Positions 35,858-43,208 of a DNA stretch of 53,093 nt are shown piece after piece. The notes beneath the pieces are model-generated. The model saw only the letters and a program-made list of their open reading frames with translations, did no database searches and was not told the origin of the DNA. The DNA is from an uncultured Myxococcales bacterium (GTDB lineage Bacteria > Myxococcota > Myxococcia > Myxococcales > Myxococcaceae), in assembly GCA_966211295.1 (NCBI GenBank), contig CBIHPJ010000001.1, forward strand, positions 1-53,093, given 5' to 3'. Position numbers and translations under genes: made by a program. Numbering within the stretch: the stretch's first letter is position 1; the number at the start of each line of letters is the position of its first letter.

Positions 35858-36793
35858 ATGCACCACCTTGGCCTCATGAGACCTCTTCGAAATGCCTGGG
35901 AGGTGCTGCGGACGTCGGTCTCGGAGTTCTCACAGCAGCGCGTCGGCACGATGGCGGGCGCGCTCGCGTACTTCACCTTCTTCTCCATCGCTCCGATGGT
36001 GATCGTGGTGATCGCGGTGGCCGGTTTGGTCTTCGGGCACGAAGCCGCCTCAGGCGCGCTCAGTCACCACATGGAAGGGCTCGTCGGTCACGACAGCGCG
36101 CAAGCCATTCAGAGCCTGGTGCAAAGCGCGAGCGGCAAGAAGTCAGGCGTGCTCGCGACGATCATCGGCGTGATCACGATCATCTTCGGAGCGACGGGCG
36201 TTTTCTCCGAGCTGCAGGACTCGCTCAACAAGGTGTGGAAGGCGCCGCCGCTGAAGATCAACAAGGTGCTGGGCTTCTTCCGCACGCGCTTCCTCTCGTT
36301 CTCCGTGGTGCTCGGAGTCGGCTTCCTCTTGCTCGTGTCGCTGCTGATCAGCGTGGCGATCTCCACCGTGTGCAGCTGGATGGGGCGGTGTGACGAACTG
36401 GTGGGCAGAGTCACCGAGTGGACCGCCGGCTTCGGCATCACCACCCTGCTCTTCGCGCTGATCTTCAAGCTGCTGCCCGACGTGAAGGTGGCGTGGCGGC
36501 ACGTCTGGCAGGGCGCGCTGGTCACCGCGGTGCTGTTCACCGCCGGCAAGTGGATCCTCGGCTGGGTGATGGGCCACACCAGCATGCTCTCGACGTACGG
36601 CGCTGCCGCGTCACTCGCCGCGCTGCTGCTCTGGGTCTACTACTCGTCGATGATTCTCTTGTTCGGCGCGGAGATCTCTCACGTGATCGCGATGCGCGCG
36701 GGAGAGAAGCCCGAGGAGCACGTCGAAGCGCCCTGGGCCGAAGGCCACGAGGATCACGGTGAGCACGAGGGTCACGCTCAACCTTCGCACTGA
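35858..36793 (+). CDS. YihY/BrkB family membrane protein
   Basis: AGALAYFTFFSIAPMVIV, SELQDSLNKVW and the C-terminal LLLWVYYSSMILLFGAE are YihY/virulence-factor-BrkB hallmarks. An alternative start is at 35876. Confidence 0.85.
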   Translation: MHHLGLMRPLRNAWEVLRTSVSEFSQQRVGTMAGALAYFTFFSIAPMVIVVIAVAGLVFGHEAASGALSHHMEGLVGHDSAQAIQSLVQSASGKKSGVLATIIGVITIIFGATGVFSELQDSLNKVWKAPPLKINKVLGFFRTRFLSFSVVLGVGFLLLVSLLISVAISTVCSWMGRCDELVGRVTEWTAGFGITTLLFALIFKLLPDVKVAWRHVWQGALVTAVLFTAGKWILGWVMGHTSMLSTYGAAASLAALLLWVYYSSMILLFGAEISHVIAMRAGEKPEEHVEAPWAEGHEDHGEHEGHAQPSH

Positions 36794-36808
36794 GCCTCCC
36801 AGGAAAGA

Positions 36809-36824
36809 TGGCGTACCTGATGCA
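36809..36824 (+). promoter_or_regulatory. Candidate sigma54 promoter TGGCGT-acctg-ATGCA
   Basis: Exact GG-N10-GC spacing. It is 37 nt upstream of ATG 36861, with a GAGGGAG RBS in between. Confidence 0.45.
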
Positions 36825-36860
36825 ACTGCCTCCATCGCTGTTCAACGTGAGAGGGAGCAC

Positions 36861-37097
36861 ATGGCGCGATACGGGGCGAAGGCGAAGTCGAAGGTGAAGA
36901 GATCGATGCACGAGATGAAGCGAGGCACGCTCAAGAGCGGCCGCACCGGGCGCAAGGTGCGCAATCGCAGACAGGCGATCGCCATCGGCCTGAGCGAGGC
37001 GCGCAAAGCGGGCGGCAAGGTTCCGAAGCGCCGGAAATCCTCGCGCAAGAGCAGCACCCGCAGCCGTCGCACTTCTTCCCGCCGTTCACGTCGCTGA
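36861..37097 (+). CDS. DUF6496-like small basic protein (78 aa)
   Basis: The core is MHEMKRGTLKSGRTGRKVRNRRQAIAIGLSEARKAG, followed by a poly-basic Ser/Arg tail. Confidence 0.7.
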   Translation: MARYGAKAKSKVKRSMHEMKRGTLKSGRTGRKVRNRRQAIAIGLSEARKAGGKVPKRRKSSRKSSTRSRRTSSRRSRR

Positions 37098-37109
37098 AGG
37101 AGACACGCC

Positions 37110-37673
37110 ATGCCCGTTCGAAAGGGACTCTCTGACATCAACACGCTGCGCGAGCGCGCACGCAAACACATCGAAGAAGGGGCGGTGATCGATGAGTACC
37201 GCGCCGATCGCGAGAAGGTGATCGAGATCCTCAACGAGGCGTTGGCCACCGAGATCGTCTGCGTGCTCCGGTACAAGCGGCACTACTACACGGCCCACGG
37301 GCTCGCTTCGCTCAGCGTGGCGGAGGAGTTCCTGGAGCACGCGCAGCAGGAGCTGGATCACGCCGATCGCTTCGCGAAGCGCATCAGCGAGCTGGGCGGT
37401 GAGCCGAACTTCTCACCGCACGGGCTCGCCGAGCGCAGCCACGCGGAATACGTCGAGGGTCACACCCTCACCGAGATGATCCGCGAAGATCTGATCGCCG
37501 AGCGCATCGCGATCGAGAGCTACCGCGAGATCATCGAGTACATCGGCAACGACGATCCGACCACCAAGCGCCTGTTCGAAGAGGTGCTCGCGGTCGAGGA
37601 GGAACACGCGGAAGATCTCGTGTCCCTCACGTCGCGGCTCAATCGCGAGGAGACCTCACGAGTTCCTCACTGA
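37110..37673 (+). CDS. Ferritin-like / bacterioferritin-family protein
   Basis: Four-helix di-iron ligand pattern (EALATEIV..RYKRH, EHAQQELDHADR, ERIAIESY, VEEEHAEDL). It starts 12 nt after the previous gene. Confidence 0.8.
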   Translation: MPVRKGLSDINTLRERARKHIEEGAVIDEYRADREKVIEILNEALATEIVCVLRYKRHYYTAHGLASLSVAEEFLEHAQQELDHADRFAKRISELGGEPNFSPHGLAERSHAEYVEGHTLTEMIREDLIAERIAIESYREIIEYIGNDDPTTKRLFEEVLAVEEEHAEDLVSLTSRLNREETSRVPH

Positions 37674-38506
37674 GCCATCTGTTGCAGCTTTGACTCGAGC
37701 GCCGCGATCGCCGCGGGGTCGGAGTACTTTCCGTCCTTCTCCTTGCGGCGATCGAAGTACTTCGAAGTCTGTCCTTCGATCTCGGGCGCGATCGCCACCC
37801 AGGTGATCGCGTCGCCGCCCTGCGCGGGCGAGTCAGCGAAGAGCGCCGAGCTGAAGTTGATCATCGTGGCGGTGAAGCCCTTCGCGTTCTTGTTGAAGTC
37901 GCTCTTGATGAAGCCAGGCGCGGCGGCGTTCACGGTGACTCCGCTGCCCTGCAGGCGCTTCGCAGCAGCCCAGGTGATCATTCGCGCGGCGAGCTTGGAG
38001 GCTCCGTACGCCTTGAAGCCGTCGAACTTTCGCGTCGTGAACTCGAGATCGTTCACGTCGTAGTCGCTCGCAAAGGCAGACACGACGTTCACCACGCGGG
38101 CGGGCGCGCTGGCCTTGAGCAGCGGCGCGAGCTCTTCGGTGATCAGCCAGGGGCCGAGCACGTTGGTGGCGAAGGTGAGCTCCTTGCCTTCGGGGCTCTG
38201 CCGGCGATCCGTGTACCAGGCGCCCGCGTTGTTGATCAGCAGCTGCACCTTGGGAAACCGCGCCTTCACCTCGGCGGCGAACTTGCGGATGGAGGCGGGG
38301 CTCGAGGTGTCGACCTCCATCACGGTCGAGCTGCCGCCGAGCTCCTTCGCGACGCCCTGCCCCTTCTCGACGTTACGCACCGCGAAGATCACGTGAGCGC
38401 CATTCGCGAGGAGCCCGCGTGCGATCTCCTTTCCGATGCCCGCGGAGGCACCGGTGACGATCGCGGTCTTGCCCTTCAGGTCTACGGCAGGGAGTGGTTT
38501 GGCCAT
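37667..38506 (-). CDS. SDR family oxidoreductase
   Basis: Cofactor motif AIVTGASAGIGKEIARGL and active-site motif YGASKLA. Its stop overlaps the convergent ferritin-like stop. Confidence 0.85.
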   Translation of the reverse strand: MAKPLPAVDLKGKTAIVTGASAGIGKEIARGLLANGAHVIFAVRNVEKGQGVAKELGGSSTVMEVDTSSPASIRKFAAEVKARFPKVQLLINNAGAWYTDRRQSPEGKELTFATNVLGPWLITEELAPLLKASAPARVVNVVSAFASDYDVNDLEFTTRKFDGFKAYGASKLAARMITWAAAKRLQGSGVTVNAAAPGFIKSDFNKNAKGFTATMINFSSALFADSPAQGGDAITWVAIAPEIEGQTSKYFDRRKEKDGKYSDPAAIAALESKLQQMAQ

Positions 38507-38515
38507 GCGCAGAAG

Positions 38516-39448
38516 CTAGGCGCGCAGCTCCGGACCCCTCAATGTCCAAGACGCCCCATCTCTTGTCCGGTACTCCCCGGGGGGCGTTCCCATGCCTTTC
38601 TTGAAGGCCTTGTTGAACGCGGCCTCGGACTCGTAACCGACGTCGCTGGCGATCTCGGCGAGCGTGCGCGTGCTGGTGCGGAGCAAGCTCGCGGCCTTCT
38701 GCAGTCGCCAATCGATCACGTATTGGAGCGGCGTGCGGCCCACCACTTCCGCGAAGCGCGCGGCGAACTTCGAGCGCGACATCGCGACCTTCGAGGCGAG
38801 CTCGGGCACCGTCCACGAGGCCATGGGGTTGGAGTGAATCAGCTGGAGCGCTTGACCGATCTGCGGATCACTCAGTGCGCGCAGCCAGCTCGGCTTCGTC
38901 TGCGAGAGTCGCGCGAGGTGCGTGCGCAGCAAGTAGACGAAGAGCGTGTCGCACAGTCCCGCGGCGGCGGTGTTGCCTCCCGGCCTGCGCAGCTTCGACT
39001 CGTAGCCGATGAGCCGCATGGTCTGCTCGAGCCAGGGACCGAGCTCGTCGTCGAGCTCACGCACGTGGAGCACGCGGGGCAGCGCGGCGAAGAGCTGCTC
39101 GGTGCTGCGATCTTCGAAGCGGAACATGCCGCACACACCCTGGAGCTTCGCGCCGCGATCCACGTTGAGGCGCTTGAGCAGTGGGACATCGAAGAGCTCG
39201 GCCGGCGTGGTGGGATCGTCGCGAAGTGAGTGCGCGTTTCCGCGCGGGAGCATCAGCACGTCGCCCGCTTCCACGCGCACCATCTTCTCGTTCTCGACCT
39301 GGAACCACGCCGAGCCCTCGAGGATGAGGTGGAAGACGGAGAAGGGTCTGCGCTCGAGGCGAATGCCCCACGGCGGGCGCACGTCGAGGCGGCCGAGGAT
39401 CTGGCTCTGCAGGCGGACGGTCTGCAGCACGTCGGAAAGTACGTCCAT
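38516..39448 (-). CDS. AraC family transcriptional regulator with N-terminal cupin sensor domain
   Basis: The N-terminus MDVLSDVLQTVRL (AraC-type cupin_6 N-terminus) is combined with a C-terminal double HTH (ELASKVAMSRSKFAARF..LAEIASDVGYESEAAFNKAFKK). The upstream 246 codons of the ORF are an antisense shadow of the collagen-like gene. Confidence 0.85.
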   Translation of the reverse strand: MDVLSDVLQTVRLQSQILGRLDVRPPWGIRLERRPFSVFHLILEGSAWFQVENEKMVRVEAGDVLMLPRGNAHSLRDDPTTPAELFDVPLLKRLNVDRGAKLQGVCGMFRFEDRSTEQLFAALPRVLHVRELDDELGPWLEQTMRLIGYESKLRRPGGNTAAAGLCDTLFVYLLRTHLARLSQTKPSWLRALSDPQIGQALQLIHSNPMASWTVPELASKVAMSRSKFAARFAEVVGRTPLQYVIDWRLQKAASLLRTSTRTLAEIASDVGYESEAAFNKAFKKGMGTPPGEYRTRDGASWTLRGPELRA

Positions 39449-39450
39449 GC

Positions 39451-39470
39451 TTTGGTACCAAACACCAAAT
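39451..39470. promoter_or_regulatory. Candidate operator: 12-bp perfect palindrome TTTGGTACCAAA with adjacent ACCAAA direct repeat
   Basis: This is an AT-rich element in the 63-nt divergent AraC/collagen-like intergenic region, reading TTTGGTACCAAACACCAAAT. Confidence 0.3.
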
Positions 39471-39511
39471 CTGCACTCGCCGCCTGCCCCCGGGTGTAAC
39501 GCCAGCGAGCC

Positions 39512-41065
39512 ATGTCCAAGACGCACCTGATCCTTCTCTGCCTCGCGCTGACCGCTTGCCCCTCTTCCTCCGGCCCGCAAGGAGATCCCGGGCCTGCAGG
39601 TCCTCCTGGCGCGAAGGGAGATCCCGGCATGCCCGGAGCGAAGGGCGACAAAGGAGACAAAGGTGATCAGGGTGATCAAGGCGTGCAGGGCAGCGCCGGC
39701 ATGGAAGGCGCGCAAGGACCTCAAGGTCTGCAGGGGCCTCCGGGCACCGTGACGGTGATCGACGGCGGCGTGGTGACCGGTCCTCCGGGCTCGTCGGTGA
39801 TCGTCACTCCGATCACTCCGGGCAGCACGTGCGCCACGGGTGGCATTCGCGTCACCCAGCTCTCCGACGGCGGCATCACGAACGTGTGCAACGGCGCGCA
39901 GGGGCCGCAAGGCGATGCAGGTCCTCAGGGCCCCGCGGGACCGACGGGTGCCACTGGTGCTCCGGGAGGAAGTCCTTCCGCGACGACGCTCCCTGCGATG
40001 AGCACTCAGTGTCCGACGGGCGGCGTGCTGGTCACCATGCCCGACGGCGGCACCTTCCCCATCTGCAACGGCTCGCAGGGTCCGCAGGGTGCGCAGGGAA
40101 TTCAGGGCCTCACTGGAATGACGGGCGCGACGGGTGCACCGGGCATGACGGGCGCGCAGGGTCCACAGGGGCTTCAGGGCATTCAAGGCATGACTGGAAT
40201 GACGGGCGCGACGGGAATGACCGGTGCGACTGGAGCCACCGGAGCTGCGGGCCCGACTGGCGCAGCTGGTCCCACTGGGCCTACTGGACCGACTGGACCC
40301 GCGGGTCCTCCGGGCGCGGTGATGTACCTCGACGGCGGAGTCGTGGTGCTCTCCACCGAGCCGATCACGTTCCTCGGCTACACGTCGGCGACGTACACGG
40401 GAAATCTCGGCGGCTACACGGGAGCGAACGCGAAGTGCGCGGCTGAGTTCCCTGGATCGTTCCTCTGCACGATCCCCGACTACGACCTCTCGAACCCGAG
40501 CTCTCCTCCTGGTCCCACCGGCGCGTGGATCGACTTCGCGCGAGTGGCGTCTGGCGCACGCAACGACAACTCGTGTAACGCGAGCGGCAACTCCGCGTGG
40601 ACCTCCGCGGCCACCGGCAGCTACGGCGCGAATCTGAACGCGGTCGGCGGCTACTACACGACGGTGGGGTGCTCGAACACGAAGCCGCTCGCGTGCTGCC
40701 GTGGCTCGTATCCGATCATCTTCCGCGGCTTCACCTCGATGACGTACACGGGAGATCTCGGCGGCTACCCCGGAGCGAACGCGAAGTGCCAGGCGCAGTT
40801 TCCCGGCTCGTACTTCTGCACCATCGCGGACTTCGATCGTGCGAACTCGACGATCGCTCCGCCGACGAGTGCGGGCGCATGGATCGACTTCGCGCGAGTG
40901 GCGTCAGGGGCGCGCAATGACAATTCGTGCAACGCGAGCGGCAACTCCGCGTGGACCACGGCGGCCGCTGGCAGTTACGGCGCGAACTTGAACGCGGTGG
41001 GTGGCTCCTACACGACGGTGGCCTGCTCGAACTCGAAGCCGCTGGCGTGCTGTCAGAACCGCTGA
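39512..41065 (+). CDS. Collagen-like triple-helix-repeat lipoprotein with two tandem C-terminal Cys-containing (DUF1554/endostatin-like) domains
   Basis: Lipobox LALTAC. Three Gly-X-Y blocks are interrupted by two C-TGG-[IV]-V..DGG..CNG-QGPQG modules. These are followed by two 117-aa repeats with GNLGGYxGANAKC..C..C..C..ACC. Confidence 0.85.
   Translation: MSKTHLILLCLALTACPSSSGPQGDPGPAGPPGAKGDPGMPGAKGDKGDKGDQGDQGVQGSAGMEGAQGPQGLQGPPGTVTVIDGGVVTGPPGSSVIVTPITPGSTCATGGIRVTQLSDGGITNVCNGAQGPQGDAGPQGPAGPTGATGAPGGSPSATTLPAMSTQCPTGGVLVTMPDGGTFPICNGSQGPQGAQGIQGLTGMTGATGAPGMTGAQGPQGLQGIQGMTGMTGATGMTGATGATGAAGPTGAAGPTGPTGPTGPAGPPGAVMYLDGGVVVLSTEPITFLGYTSATYTGNLGGYTGANAKCAAEFPGSFLCTIPDYDLSNPSSPPGPTGAWIDFARVASGARNDNSCNASGNSAWTSAATGSYGANLNAVGGYYTTVGCSNTKPLACCRGSYPIIFRGFTSMTYTGDLGGYPGANAKCQAQFPGSYFCTIADFDRANSTIAPPTSAGAWIDFARVASGARNDNSCNASGNSAWTTAAAGSYGANLNAVGGSYTTVACSNSKPLACCQNR
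40361..41062 (+). repeat. Intragenic tandem duplication, 2 x 351 bp
   Basis: The units are 40361..40711 and 40712..41062. They share long near-identical stretches, for example GGCGC(G/A)TGGATCGACTTCGCGCGAGTGGCGTC...GCGAGCGGCAACTCCGCGTGGACC. Confidence 0.85.
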
Positions 41066-41070
41066 CGTGT

Positions 41071-41107
41071 CTCCCTCTCCCTTCGGGAGAGGGTCGGGGT
41101 GAGGGTG
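41071..41107 (-). repeat. REP-like element (subfamily 1, reverse orientation)
   Basis: Sequence is CTCCCTCTCCCTTCGGGAGAGGGTCGGGGTGAGGGTG. It starts 5 nt after the collagen-like stop. Confidence 0.8.
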
Positions 41108-41197
41108 CACCAATCCAGTTACCCTCCCGCCAAATTCAGTCGAACGACACCGGGGTGGCATCGCGCAGAACTGCTCGGTCCTGCCGCCAGGACGTTC

Positions 41198-41232
41198 GCC
41201 CTCACCCTGACCCTCTCCCGAAGGGAGAGGGA
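41198..41232 (+). repeat. REP-like element (subfamily 1, forward orientation)
   Basis: Sequence is GCCCTCACCCTGACCCTCTCCCGAAGGGAGAGGGA. It forms an inverted pair with 41071..41107 across a 90-nt spacer. Confidence 0.8.
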
Positions 41233-41255
41233 AATAGGTGTAGAAGCCAGCCGCG

Positions 41256-42023
41256 ATGAAGACGTTGAGTGTCACGCGCTACGTGCGCCCACTGCGAGAA
41301 GGCGGCTCACTCCCCGCGATCGTCGAGGCCTCCGACGAGGGCCTCTACGTGATGAAGTTCCGCGGCGCGGGCCAGGGCAAGAAGGCCCTCATCGCCGAGA
41401 TCATCTCAGGTGAGCTCGCCCGCGCGCTCGGACTTCCCGTGCCCGAGCTCGTCTTCCTCGACCTCGATCCCAAGTTCGGCCGCAACGAGCCCCACGACGA
41501 GATCCGCGATCTCCTCAACGCGAGCGGCGGCCTCAACGTAGGGCTCGACTACCTCCCCGGCTCCATCACCTTCGATCCCCTCGTGCCCGGTCCGCTCACG
41601 CCGGAGCTCGCGAGCGCAGTGGTCGCGTTCGACGCGCTCACTCTCAACGTCGATCGCACCGCGAAGAACCCCAACCTGCTCACCTGGCACCGCAAGCTCT
41701 GGCTCATCGATCACGGCGCTTCGCTCTACTTCCATCACGGCTGGGCGAACCCCGAGGAAGCAGCGCGCTCGACCTTCCCTCCGATTCGCCAGCACGTGCT
41801 GCTGCGCTTCGCGAGCGCGCTCAGCGAGGTCCGCTTCGAGATCACGCACGCACAGCTCGAAGCCATCGTCGCGAACGTGCCCGACGCGTGGCTCGAGAAC
41901 GAGCCGGGGTTTTCGAGCGCGGCCGCGGTGAAGACCGCCTACGTGCAGTTCCTCGAGACGCGCATCGCCAATCGCGCCCGCTTCGTAGAGGAGGCCACTC
42001 GTGCCCGCGTCCAGCCCGTTTGA
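41256..42023 (+). CDS. HipA-like (PI3/4-kinase-fold) family kinase of unknown function
   Basis: The N-terminus RPLREGGSLPAIVEASDEGLYVMKFRGAGQGKKALIAE, the catalytic-loop-like NVDRTAKNPNLL and the DxG-like LIDHGASL are present. Size is 255 aa. Confidence 0.7.
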   Translation: MKTLSVTRYVRPLREGGSLPAIVEASDEGLYVMKFRGAGQGKKALIAEIISGELARALGLPVPELVFLDLDPKFGRNEPHDEIRDLLNASGGLNVGLDYLPGSITFDPLVPGPLTPELASAVVAFDALTLNVDRTAKNPNLLTWHRKLWLIDHGASLYFHHGWANPEEAARSTFPPIRQHVLLRFASALSEVRFEITHAQLEAIVANVPDAWLENEPGFSSAAAVKTAYVQFLETRIANRARFVEEATRARVQPV

Positions 42024-42384
42024 TTACGCCATCATCCGAGTGGTGCCGCGCGTCGAGCGAGGCGAGTTCCTCAACGCCGGCGTGATCATTCACTGCCCCA
42101 CGCTCGATTACCTCGCGGCCGCAGTGTCCCTCGACACCACGAAGCTGAAGGCGTGGTGGCCCGACGTCGACGCCACCGAGCTGAACGAGCACCTCGAGGT
42201 GCTGCCCCGCATCGCCAAAGGAGAGCGCACCGCCGGACCGATCGCGTCACTCTCCCGCAGCGAACGCTTTCACTGGCTGGTCGCGCCGCGCAGCACGGTG
42301 GTCCAGGTGTCGTCGGTGCACTCGGGAATCTGCGAAGGCACCGCGCCCTTGATCGAGCAGTTGATGAACCGCTTCGTGCGCTGA
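42001..42384 (+). CDS. DUF3037 domain protein
   Basis: FDYAIIRVVPRVERGEFLNAGVII..RFHWLVAPRSTVVQ matches my recollection of DUF3037. The GTG start overlaps the kinase gene by 23 nt. Confidence 0.7.
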   Translation: MPASSPFDYAIIRVVPRVERGEFLNAGVIIHCPTLDYLAAAVSLDTTKLKAWWPDVDATELNEHLEVLPRIAKGERTAGPIASLSRSERFHWLVAPRSTVVQVSSVHSGICEGTAPLIEQLMNRFVR

Positions 42385-42385
42385 C

Positions 42386-43087
42386 TCAGTCGTGATCGTA
42401 GAGGTCGCGCAGCTTCTCCTTCGCGGCCTCGAGCGTGTCGCGCTTCCGCTTCGAGAGATTCTTGCCCGCGCGGTTGATGTAGAAATTCAGCATCGACATC
42501 GCCGAGCGGAACGGAGTGCTCTTCAGCCGCTTGCTCTTCTCGGCCGAGCGCTTCACCGACTTCGCCACCTCTCGTGGATCGCTCTGGGTGAAGACGTGCG
42601 GCTCGAGCGTCATCGCGTCGCTGTGCTCGGTCACGTTCTGCGACCAATACTTCCGCTTGCGAGTGCGGCTGGCCTTCTGAGCCGACGCGCTCCGTTCACC
42701 GGGTGAGCGACGTTGCGCCGCGCGATGCGCCTGCGATCGAAGCGCCGGACGAGAGACGGTGCGGCGCGACTCACGCTCGAGCGCGCGCTCGGTGGCGCGA
42801 GAGCGTTTCGCAGACACGGGCCGCTTCGGTTGATGACCACGCTTCGTGTCGCGCTCGGCCTGGCGCTTCACGCTCGCCGACGCGCGCTTCGGGACAGGCA
42901 GCTTCACTCCTGCACGTCGCGCCTTCGAGAGACCGATCGCGATCGCCTGCTTCGCCGAGCGCGCGCCGTGCTTCCCTTCGCGAACGTGGTGCACCTCTTC
43001 GCGCACGAACTCCCCGGCCTGGGTGCTCGGCGCCTTTCCCTGGCGCTTCGCCTTCCGTGATCTCCGCAGCGTTTCCTTCTCGGGCAT
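42386..43087 (-). CDS. DUF6496-like N-terminal module fused to a DUF3175 domain, highly basic linker
   Basis: Start set at MPEKETL, with a GAGGAG RBS. The segment HHVREGKHGARSAKQAIAIGLSKARRAG resembles the 36861 gene. The C-terminus WSQNVTEHSDAMTLEPHVF..PFRSAMSMLNFYINRAGKNL is DUF3175-like. The upstream 116 codons of the ORF are discarded. Confidence 0.7.
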   Translation of the reverse strand: MPEKETLRRSRKAKRQGKAPSTQAGEFVREEVHHVREGKHGARSAKQAIAIGLSKARRAGVKLPVPKRASASVKRQAERDTKRGHQPKRPVSAKRSRATERALERESRRTVSRPALRSQAHRAAQRRSPGERSASAQKASRTRKRKYWSQNVTEHSDAMTLEPHVFTQSDPREVAKSVKRSAEKSKRLKSTPFRSAMSMLNFYINRAGKNLSKRKRDTLEAAKEKLRDLYDHD

Positions 43088-43208
43088 GTGCGAGCTCCTC
43101 GAACGAAATCCCACTGCATGCGGCGGACCCAGAGGTGTGGCGTCACCCCGCAGGAGCTGCGATCCACGCAGAACGCGCGTGGGCATTCTTGTTGCTCCCT
43201 CTGAGTGC

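Noticed and set aside
35845-35862. GGGAAC-gagcg-ATGCA with sigma54-like spacing just before the brkB/yihY gene.
   Set aside because: Its -12 ATG is the most plausible start codon of the gene itself, and the -24 block is poor. I treat it as coincidence.
39449-40186. A 246-codon extension of the AraC ORF (38516..40186), and other ORFs antisense to the collagen repeats (39829..40446, 40183..40368).
   Set aside because: They lie antisense or out of frame within the Gly-X-Y coding repeats. The AraC cupin N-terminus starts cleanly at MDVLSDVL (39448).
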